The notes beneath the pieces are model-generated. The model did not search any database and was not told the DNA's origin. It was given only the letters and a program-made list of their open reading frames with translations. This document shows, one piece after another, positions 8,295 to 17,000 of a stretch of DNA of 64,000 nt. Numbering within the stretch: the stretch's first letter is position 1; every line of letters begins with the position of its first letter. A program made the translations under genes and the position numbers. Source of the stretch: a virus; the IMG/VR virus record IMGVR_UViG_3300045988_176633; one strand, 5' to 3'.

Positions 8295-11200
8295 TTATTT
8301 CCAACCTGACGGAATCAAATTTGAATAAGATATCTTTGAACATCCTTTGAAAGTTTGATAATGTGATGCTGACGAAGGAGCTAAATCCCAAAGCCAACCC
8401 AGTGTAATTGGTTTAGATTCTGCAATAATAGGCATAGATTGTAATTCACTACAATTCAAGAAAGCATAATTCCAGTTAGTAACTGTAGAAGCTATATTTT
8501 GCGATATAACAATCACTTGTAGCGAGTTATAAGTTGAATCACCAACTCTTATACAACCATTCAAAAATTCTGACATATTCTGTAAAGAAGTGCAACCGTT
8601 AAATGTACCATGAGAAGACTCAGCTCCTCCATCTGGAGCCCATTCTGTTAAATTAGTACAATTCTTGAAACAAGAAGCTACTGAAACCAATCGAGATTGA
8701 CCAGCAAAAAATCTTGGTGGAATTCTTTGTACACCAGAACCTTCAAAAGCTCTTGCCCAAGTAGTCACATTTCCATTCTCAATCTTACATCCAGAAATAT
8801 CTGTCAATGATTTACAATCAATGAAAGACCAACTGAAACTAGAAGCACTAGTGGGGAAGCAATCTGAACCTATACTACTCAGTAATATGCAACTATGAGC
8901 TAATACATTGAAATTAGTAGCTCTTGTGCAATTCCTGAAACATCTAGCTGGAATACTTCTCAAATTGGTACAAGAAGAAACTAATCCTTCGAAAGTAGTT
9001 GCGTATACACAACTATCAAATAAACCAGAAGGAATCGAAGAAATTCCACTGTTTGCAAACGTGTAATAAAACGATTCTGCATTTCGTGGGAAAATAGAAC
9101 TTCCAACACTTGAAAGCGAACTACAACCATTGAAAGCTGACTCAAAATCAGTACCATTTCTAAAAGGACTACCTGATACACTCGAAAGCGATTTACAATC
9201 TCTGAATACACTAGCGAACAATGTAAGATTACTTCCGAATAAGTCCAAAGGCACACTTGTTATTCCAGAACCTCTAAAACAATTACTAGCATCACTTCCT
9301 GATACATTTAATAAAAGTCCAGAAGGAATACTTCTTAGAGCTGTACAATTCCTAAACCAACTCTCTATTGATCCACTAATATTTGGTGAACCAGACGCTA
9401 AACTTGATAAACTTGTACAACCATTAAATACACTTGTTCCATTTATTGGAAAATATCCTGGCCATTGTGTAACAGCTAAGACGCTTGTATTATTCTGACA
9501 ATTAAAATTCAACGTACTAGGGTTGGTCCTAGATCCTCCTACTATCTTCAACTCATTACCAGACCATTCGTAATCAACTGAAGATCCAAAGCTCGGGAGT
9601 CTTTGACTGCTCATCCGAAGGATCAATGCCTTGTAAAGTGCGACAACAAGACCTGTTGTATTGATAGCTATCCGTCTGGTTGTTATTGGTAAGCAACCAG
9701 ATTCTTCTACCTTCAGAAGGACATACGCCGAATATGGAGCGTTTATAACGTATTTCCCTTGATAATCAGAAGATCCATTGCCACTACTAACTACCACGTT
9801 AGAATCCGCAGATTCATATACTGTATATGATATATTGACTCCAGATGCGTTTGAACCATCAATTAAAGTCGTCACTGTAAATTCTCGTAACGAATAAGTC
9901 AATGAAACTTGTTGATTAGCATCATTATTCGAAACTTGAACAGTGCCTTCTTTATCATAGTAACCTACAGCTTGTATCGTCCAATTATATAAACCATTTC
10001 TCTTATCTGGAAACGTCACTTTTCCACTAGTATCTGTAGTCTTTGTATCACCGTCTAATACTATTGTTGCATTAGGGACAGCATTACCATTAGTATTTGT
10101 AACTGTAAAATTAATATTATATGTCTTGTTCGTCAATAATACATTGATTGTTTGAGGTGTATCTGTAATCGACACTTCACCTGAAACAGAAGTATATTCT
10201 GGACGCTTAGAAACTTCGTAATCATACGAGTCAATTGGGAGGGTGTATTTTGCCTTACCTTGACTATTTGTAATTCTGGTAATATTATTACAAACAACAG
10301 TCGCAGCTTCCACTGGTTTCCCTAAATCATCGACAACCATGAAAGTTACTTGACCATTTCGTCTAACCAAATTTATATCAAACACATAAGGAGCACTGTT
10401 CACGACAAATTGTCCTTGTTGTGAAGCATAAATCGTTTTCTTCGCCGTCCAATTATAGGAACCATTAGGTAGTTCAGTCGATACTTTTCCTTGGCTATCT
10501 GATTCCCCAGAATAAGATCCTAAAGTAACAGTTGCGCCAACTGAAATTTGACCTTCTTCTCTTACAGTTGCAGTCACTTGATACATCTTTTGTGACATTG
10601 TTATATTGACCGTTTCTGGACCTCCATTTACACCAAATAAATCTGTAATAGTGTGATATTCGTTTAATGTCGCTGTATAATTAAAAGATCCATCAGGTAA
10701 ATTGATAGTTGCTTGTCCCTGTGCGTTTGTAGTTATAATAGGATTGTTTTCCACCTGAATAGAAACACCAGAAAGTTTTTTATTATTATCGTCTTGTACT
10801 ACAAAAGTAACAACATAAACTTTTTGGTTCATTCTAATTTCAATATCAGAATCCTCATCAACAGAAATTGTATTTTTATAATCATTGTAACCAGCTTTCG
10901 TCGCTGTTAAAGAATACGATCCAGCTTTAACAATGAAACTCACTTGACCACTTGAATCAGATATTTTAGTTGAACCGGCAAAAGTTACTGAAACACCTGT
11001 CAACAATGAAACTACCCCTTGATAATTAACACCTCTTGTTGTAAATGTCACATTATAAGTAGGAACTGGATTCATTGTTATATTTTGAGTCACTGGGGCA
11101 TTAGTTACAGTCACAGATCCTGTAACTGGCAACCAATCAATTTTTTCAATTCGATAATTGAAAGTACCTACTAAAACATCTTTAAAAACAGCTTGTCCTT

Positions 11201-13028
11201 GTTCATTGGTATCAATATATGTATTGTTAAAATTAATTCTAGCTCCTTGAATAGGATTTGAAGAAGAATCTTTCACAATAAAAGTTACATCAAAAATAGG
11301 GATTAATTGCATCGTGACATTCTCAATCATATCGTCACGAACAAGGACTGACTTATCAACCGGATAATACTTTTCCTTCTCAACTGTATACAGATATAAA
11401 TCTGGATAAGCCATGAAGAATGTACTACCATCTTGACCTGTTGATTTAACCTCATTATTGAATTTAACAACAGCTCCTAAAATAGCTTTAGCTTGTTCAT
11501 TCTTGACAACAAAAGTTACCTTACGTTTGTAAAGTTCTCCTTGCATTTGTATATAACAAATCTGCTCATCTCCTTCGATTTCTTCTTCTACATATAGAAC
11601 ATTATTGACAATAGAAATGAAAAGGTTTTTTTCAACTGAATAAAGATAATCGCCAGGATAAAGATCAAGAGTTACTTCACCATTAATATCTGTTTGCAAT
11701 TCTTGATCTGCTATTGTAATAGTAGCTCCTTTAATATATTCTTTTCTTTCAGAAAAAACCTTGAAACGTACAGTTGTTTTTGTAAGAGCTTTAATCTCTT
11801 CACTAGCAAAAATATTTTTATATGAAACTAAATAAGTTTCTATAAATTGATCTATAGTAGATGTAGAAGAATAAGAATTATTCCTATAATAGGAGGCGAT
11901 TATGTTTTTCTCCCCTAGATAACCTTGATAGAAAGGTAAATATATTGGTTTGATCTTTATATCATAAATATTTAAATTTGAACTAACTTTAGTTCGATCT
12001 TGAACCAAATACAAAGACATGTATTTGATACCTTCTACAAATCTTAATCCTCTTCCATTAGGGAAATTCAGGGCTACTTCGTCGACAAAACTTCTATTTT
12101 TCTTTGAAATTGTTGCTCTTAACTCATAATAAATATCGGCGTTGTTTAACGTAACAGAAGCGTCATTTTTAACAAATGAATTGCTTTGTACAGTACCAAT
12201 CGATTCAATACAAGAAACAGGTCTCTTCAATTCATCATAAACTTGGACTCCAAAAGTCAAATTCATGTTTTGAATATTATCTGTTTTTAAACGTAAAGAA
12301 ACTTGATAAGCTAAATCTTCATCAACTACTAGAAGTTTATCTAAATCTCCTTCTGAACTGATTCCTACCAACTCATTTCCTATAAAAGTCATAGTTTGGA
12401 TAGGTTCATTATCGTTGTCTACATCAGCTTGTAAAATAACACCACTAGGATTGATTAATGGATATTTATCTAAATTTTCAATATTGCTTGAACATTCGTA
12501 GGCTTTGGTTATATTCTCAACTGTATCTGTCCTATTCCAAGTAGGAGAGCTATGTCCTAATGTCCAACCACTATCTTTAGGAGCTAGAAGGGCAAAGATG
12601 AATTCATTTAAATCGTTGTATCGAATCAAACGAAGAAGTTCTCCTAATATAGTACCTTCTTTTGAAACGATATCCATACGACCTCTTTTTCTATACTCTT
12701 CTACATAGTTGTTGAAAAGATATTGCATTTGTTCTGTCGTATCAACAGTATCGGTTACCAAACCTCTTTCTTTGATAAAGATATCAAATAAGATCTTGTT
12801 TACATCAATCTCTTCGTATTGTCGTCCATATAATACAACAATCGCAAAAAGATGTGTCACAGATCCCCAAAACGAAACAAAATCTTCATTTTGTTTATTA
12901 AAAAAAACAGGAAGAATACCTGGACTACATATTTTATCCAAGACATTCTGTGCCCAAGCCTGAATTTTAATATCATTCTTTTCAAAGAATTTTTTAAATA
13001 TAGTTCTATTATATATTATATCTGCCAT
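8295..13028 (-). CDS. Tail fibre / receptor-binding protein: about 9 CarboxypepD_reg-like beta-sandwich repeats plus C-terminal BspA-type leucine-rich repeats
   Basis: 1,577 aa. Repeats of about 85 aa of the form (Y/F)xVTFxVxDxxxxPIxGAxVxxxxxxxxTdxxGxxxxxLxxGxYxYxxxKxGY span roughly nt 9476-11786. The C-terminal 360 aa carry FxxCxxLxSI/V-type LRRs (FNGCTSLSSL, FRNCTALRSIPSGL, FRDCKSLSSV, FNGCSSLSSV, CTNLRSIPARCFRNC). Confidence 0.7.
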   Translation of the reverse strand: MADIIYNRTIFKKFFEKNDIKIQAWAQNVLDKICSPGILPVFFNKQNEDFVSFWGSVTHLFAIVVLYGRQYEEIDVNKILFDIFIKERGLVTDTVDTTEQMQYLFNNYVEEYRKRGRMDIVSKEGTILGELLRLIRYNDLNEFIFALLAPKDSGWTLGHSSPTWNRTDTVENITKAYECSSNIENLDKYPLINPSGVILQADVDNDNEPIQTMTFIGNELVGISSEGDLDKLLVVDEDLAYQVSLRLKTDNIQNMNLTFGVQVYDELKRPVSCIESIGTVQSNSFVKNDASVTLNNADIYYELRATISKKNRSFVDEVALNFPNGRGLRFVEGIKYMSLYLVQDRTKVSSNLNIYDIKIKPIYLPFYQGYLGEKNIIASYYRNNSYSSTSTIDQFIETYLVSYKNIFASEEIKALTKTTVRFKVFSERKEYIKGATITIADQELQTDINGEVTLDLYPGDYLYSVEKNLFISIVNNVLYVEEEIEGDEQICYIQMQGELYKRKVTFVVKNEQAKAILGAVVKFNNEVKSTGQDGSTFFMAYPDLYLYTVEKEKYYPVDKSVLVRDDMIENVTMQLIPIFDVTFIVKDSSSNPIQGARINFNNTYIDTNEQGQAVFKDVLVGTFNYRIEKIDWLPVTGSVTVTNAPVTQNITMNPVPTYNVTFTTRGVNYQGVVSLLTGVSVTFAGSTKISDSSGQVSFIVKAGSYSLTATKAGYNDYKNTISVDEDSDIEIRMNQKVYVVTFVVQDDNNKKLSGVSIQVENNPIITTNAQGQATINLPDGSFNYTATLNEYHTITDLFGVNGGPETVNITMSQKMYQVTATVREEGQISVGATVTLGSYSGESDSQGKVSTELPNGSYNWTAKKTIYASQQGQFVVNSAPYVFDINLVRRNGQVTFMVVDDLGKPVEAATVVCNNITRITNSQGKAKYTLPIDSYDYEVSKRPEYTSVSGEVSITDTPQTINVLLTNKTYNINFTVTNTNGNAVPNATIVLDGDTKTTDTSGKVTFPDKRNGLYNWTIQAVGYYDKEGTVQVSNNDANQQVSLTYSLREFTVTTLIDGSNASGVNISYTVYESADSNVVVSSGNGSSDYQGKYVINAPYSAYVLLKVEESGCLPITTRRIAINTTGLVVALYKALILRMSSQRLPSFGSSVDYEWSGNELKIVGGSRTNPSTLNFNCQNNTSVLAVTQWPGYFPINGTSVFNGCTSLSSLASGSPNISGSIESWFRNCTALRSIPSGLLLNVSGSDASNCFRGSGITSVPLDLFGSNLTLFASVFRDCKSLSSVSGSPFRNGTDFESAFNGCSSLSSVGSSIFPRNAESFYYTFANSGISSIPSGLFDSCVYATTFEGLVSSCTNLRSIPARCFRNCTRATNFNVLAHSCILLSSIGSDCFPTSASSFSWSFIDCKSLTDISGCKIENGNVTTWARAFEGSGVQRIPPRFFAGQSRLVSVASCFKNCTNLTEWAPDGGAESSHGTFNGCTSLQNMSEFLNGCIRVGDSTYNSLQVIVISQNIASTVTNWNYAFLNCSELQSMPIIAESKPITLGWLWDLAPSSASHYQTFKGCSKISYSNLIPSGWK

Positions 13029-13070
13029 AATTAAGTTGTTTCCAACGATTCAAAGTTACTAAAATGAAAG

Positions 13071-13102
13071 CAAACTATAACCAACAACAGTGTCAAAGCA
13101 AA
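13071..13102 (-). promoter_or_regulatory. Weak promoter-like site upstream of the 1,577-aa fibre gene
   Basis: Minus strand TTTG-N19-TATAGTTTG. This is not an exact TAnnTTTG. Confidence 0.2.
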
Positions 13103-13155
13103 CTTTTTCAACCGCATAAAGATATCTACTTCCTTCATAACAAACAACATTTATT

Positions 13156-14037
13156 TTGTTTTTAAACACCTCAATCACTCTCCAGAAGGCAGCTAAACTT
13201 GTACAGATCACGACTCCACTGAATACAGAAACTGCAATTAATATTGAAAGTGGATTTTCAAAGTTAGAGTGGTGTTTAGTACACGCAGGTGCAGGTGGAG
13301 GAGGTGGAAATGTAAGATATCCAGGCGGAGGAGGTGGAGGAGGAAGTACTATTCTTGGAGAATTATTAACTTTATTAGATGGCGGCACTTATACTGGAGG
13401 TTATATTATAAGAAGTGGTGGAGTTGGAGGCGAAGGTAGAACTTCTATAGCTCCAGGAGGTATAGGAAAAGAACCAGATATGGCTAATATCTGGTTTAAA
13501 AAGAATGGAAGTTATGTTTACAATATTTTACACCAATTTAATGGTAACGGAGGATCAGGAGCTGGTAGTGGAGGAAGTAACGGAGGTCCTGGTAGTGGTC
13601 TTCTTAATACATTTGGTGTAAAACTTGGTATAGGTGGCGGCGGTGGTGGAGGTAGCGAAGGAGAAACCGATTTTGCTGCAGGTGGTGCAGGTGGTGCAGG
13701 TGGTGCAGTTTATTATAACGGTACAACTTATAATGGAGGAAAGGGTTACAGCCCATCTAATATTTCAGTTCCAAATGGTGGCGGCGGCGGCAGTGGTGCT
13801 AGTAGTACAAATATAGGAAAGAATGCTGTGAATTACATAGGAGCATTAAGTGTTGGTGTACCTAATGATTTTGAAAAATATGGAATAACTGGAAGCGGTG
13901 AAGGTGGAAATGGAGGAAAAATAGGTTCAGGTGGAGAAAGTTCTCTTCCAAACTATGGTTCAGGTGGAAAAGGTGGAAAAATAAAAGAAAGTGGATTATC
14001 TGGACAACAAGGTATTCTTTTTATTTATTATCATTAA
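13156..14037 (+). CDS. Silent alternative C-terminal tip cassette for the 14084..20377 fibre gene (not an independent gene in this orientation)
   Basis: Only long + strand ORF. It opens with an incidental TTG 9 nt before the inverted repeat. Residues 4-21 (NTSITLQKAAKLVQITTP) are identical to fibre residues 1756-1773. The remaining 272 aa are Gly-rich and paralogous to the expressed tip, ending GILFIYYH versus GIIELYYK. Confidence 0.75.
   Translation: MFLNTSITLQKAAKLVQITTPLNTETAINIESGFSKLEWCLVHAGAGGGGGNVRYPGGGGGGGSTILGELLTLLDGGTYTGGYIIRSGGVGGEGRTSIAPGGIGKEPDMANIWFKKNGSYVYNILHQFNGNGGSGAGSGGSNGGPGSGLLNTFGVKLGIGGGGGGGSEGETDFAAGGAGGAGGAVYYNGTTYNGGKGYSPSNISVPNGGGGGSGASSTNIGKNAVNYIGALSVGVPNDFEKYGITGSGEGGNGGKIGSGGESSLPNYGSGGKGGKIKESGLSGQQGILFIYYH
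13165..13218 (+). repeat. Left arm of perfect 54-bp inverted repeat (putative recombination site)
   Basis: AACACCTCAATCACTCTCCAGAAGGCAGCTAAACTTGTACAGATCACGACTCCA is the exact reverse complement of 15059-15112. Identity ends abruptly at 13164 and 13219. Confidence 0.9.
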
Positions 14038-14051
14038 TTTAAATAAAACAA

Positions 14052-14075
14052 GGGCCTGGAAATGAATCCAGGCCC
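14052..14075. terminator. Bidirectional hairpin terminator between the convergent tip cassettes
   Basis: GGGCCTGGA-aatgaa-TCCAGGCCC (9-bp GC-rich stem) with T-rich tracts downstream on both strands. Confidence 0.75.
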
Positions 14076-14083
14076 TATTCAAT

Positions 14084-17000
14084 TTATTTATAGTATAATT
14101 CAATAATACCTTGTCCTCCATTTCCTCCGTTTCCACCTTTATATGAAGAATTGTAAACTCTTCCACCTCCTCCTCCACCAGCTCCATACTCTCCTAGACC
14201 ACCGTTTCCACCATCGCTAGTAGTGCTGCTACCATTTCCACCATTTCCACCTTTACCAAAGGATCCACCTCCACCACCTCCTCCTGAAGAATTACTTCCA
14301 CTTGTTCCACTTCCACCTGTTCCACCATCACCTTTTGAAGGTAAAAGAATATCTGGAATGACTGTATAAGTACTAGTTCCAAATCCACTTCCACCTGTTC
14401 CGTAATTTCCACCATCAATTGTTGATCTATTGGTATAACCAGAACCACCATCTCCTCCTGTACCATTTCCTCTATTTAAATTTCCTCCTTCACTAACACC
14501 ACCTTTACCTCCTCCTGTTGTATGCGCTAGACCTTTACCACCTATCGCTCCTTGAATACTACCAGCATTTACACGGTTATTTCTAGCACCTCCTCCTCCA
14601 CCACCTCCCCAATCGGGTGTAGATGATTCTTGATAAGAACCACCACCACCACCTCCTCCTCCACAACCCTTATTATTGTTAGAAGGGTTAACACTACCAC
14701 CATCTCCTCCGTCTCCCCTACTTTCATTGTTTAATTGAGAAGCACCGTATCCCCAACGACCTGAATATGCTTGATGTACTACATCTTCAATAGTAACAAT
14801 ACTCTCGTAACCATCATTACCAGTATAACCTTGAGTAGTCGTACTACCTCCTGCACCTCCTGCACCTGCATTACCAACTACGAGTTTTAAATTTGATATA
14901 CTTGTTGTATGATCTTTTATATAAACAATTCCACCTCCTCCGCCTCCACCTCCTGCTGCAATATTGTTTCCACCTCCTCCGCCTCCACCTCCTGCTGCAA
15001 TAAGAAAATCAACATTTGTATATCCTGGTTCTATTTGTTGATTAATTTCTGCACCCAATGGAGTCGTGATCTGTACAAGTTTAGCTGCCTTCTGGAGAGT
15101 GATTGAGGTGTTGATTGAATCATTCGACCCAGACATCGTCACAGTTCCAGTCTTAGTCACATATCCAGCCGCACTCACTGAATAGCTTAACGTTCCTGCT
15201 GCAATTCCAGCTTTTGAAGCTGCTCCACTTGAATTTGTCGTTAAAGTCCCCGTTGCTATTCCAGTTAACGTTATTTTTGCTCCTGAAATAGGACCGTTAG
15301 CGTCAGAAATAGTAAATTGTGCTGTATATAAAGCAGTTAAAGCGATATTGATAGTTGATGTACTTGAAATTGTATACGATTGACTAAACGCTTTCCAATA
15401 TGTACCTGCATCAATTGCTATTGTATGACTTCCGTAAAGTACATTTGACATTGTGATGTTACCAGAAGAATTTGTCGTACCTTTTGATGTACCATCCAAT
15501 TTCACTGTGACACCATTTCTATTAACACCCGCTCTTTTAACATTCACAACAAATGTATAATATCTCAAAAGAGCATAAGTTGCACTCTGACTATGAGAAC
15601 TTCGACTTACAGTTACACTACCAGTCGTATCTTTGTAACCAGATTTTGAAATCGTGTAAGTGTAAGAACCTGGTTTCACATTTGGAATTGTAGCAACTCC
15701 ACTTGAATCTGTCGTACCTGTAAAAGTACCTAAACTTGAGTTGACAAGTTTAACAGTTGCACTACCGACATTTGCACCAGACGTTGTATTTTCTTTAACT
15801 GTCGCTGTAAATGTAACCAAATACTGTAAACTTGCATTTACAGTTTGATTACTCAAACCAACTGTAACATTACCCGACCAAGTTTGATATCCACTTAATT
15901 CAACAGTGCAAGCATAAGCTGCTGACTGTGATTGCATTGTTACAGCTAATTGACCACTTGAATTTGTCGTACCCTTTGATGTACCAGCAACTTTCACTGT
16001 CGCTCCAGAAAGAGCTGTACCAGCGTCATCTTTAGCGATAAATGTAACTGTTACTTGACTGGTTAAAGTAATTTGTTGATTAACGTTTGTACCATTAACT
16101 GTTACACTTCCTGATTTAGCTTGATAAGGTGATTTAGCAGCACTACTCCAATTGTACGTACCATCTATTACATTAGAGAAAATCGCCTGACCACTTGCAT
16201 TTGTAGTTACAGTTTGATTATTCATAGTAACTGAAATACCAGAAAGAGCTGTACCAGCATAATTAACAAAAGTCAAAGTAACCGTACTATACTTCTCTAA
16301 AGTAACATTGATCGTCTGATTTGCATTGACAATGTTAAATGAACCAGAAGCTGATCTATATCCACTTAAAGAAGCAGTCCAAGAAACGGCACCATTTAAA
16401 GTTGCATCGTTTTTAGCACTAGCAGCTAAAATCCATTGACCGCTGGAATTTGTCGTTCCATTTGCAGTAGAAGTTCCACCAATAGTTTTAACATTACTAA
16501 TACTAACAGAAGCCCCGTTTAAATTCGTTGTCTTGTACTTAACATTAAAAGTAACACCCCAATATTTGTAGTTCTGCATTTGTACTTGAACCGTTTTATC
16601 CGCAGAACTTACTGTTGTGCTTCCAGGTTGTTGTTTGTATCCACTAGCATCTGTTGTGTAAGTATAATTTCCATTAGGGACATCAACTGAAATATTTCCA
16701 TTAGAATCTGTCGTACCAGATTTGACTGTCGTACCAGAACTATTCTTGATAACAACAGTAGCTCCACTTAAATTTGCCACACCATTTTTAACATTTAAAG
16801 TTAATAACCCTCCATGAACCATAGTTAAGTTCACATACGAAGTTTCATCCTCTTTAACATTGACAGTACCAGTTATCGTTTGATAACTTACAAGACTTAC
16901 TTTGTAAGTATGATTCCCTGCTGACAGCGAAACGTTGACTTGTCCATCAACACCTGTTTGATAGTTGGTAACGTTATCGATCAAAATATTAGCACCTTGT

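Larger units (their letters stand above)
13165..15112. mobile_element. Putative invertible segment (tail-fibre tip switch, G-segment-like)
   Basis: 54-bp inverted repeats in the same codon phase bracket two convergent tip cassettes. The cassettes are separated by a bidirectional terminator. Confidence 0.7.

Noticed and set aside
9130-9498. Plus-strand ORFs in the track (e.g. 9130..9498, 19760..20113, 35304..35654, 37630..38109, 37787..38158, 40630..40893, 54326..54649, 54797..55219, 63288..63575)
   Set aside because: All lie antisense within longer minus-strand genes that have recognisable motifs or synteny. Their low-complexity, Phe/Ser/Leu-rich translations are typical of antisense frames in AT-rich DNA.
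13059-13388. Minus-strand ORF of 109 aa with poly-proline stretches (PPPPPPPGYLTFPPPPPAP)
   Set aside because: It is the antisense reading of the GGN-rich alternative tip cassette and spans the inverted-repeat arm. The Pro runs are a codon-complement artefact. The same applies to the nested ORFs 13634..13816, 13996..14187 and 14194..14466.
13165-15112. Possible diversity-generating retroelement (template/variable repeat pair) at the fibre tip
   Set aside because: The repeat is a perfect inverted copy with no adenine-specific mismatches. It lies at the cassette boundary rather than in the tip, and no reverse transcriptase ORF is present in the window.
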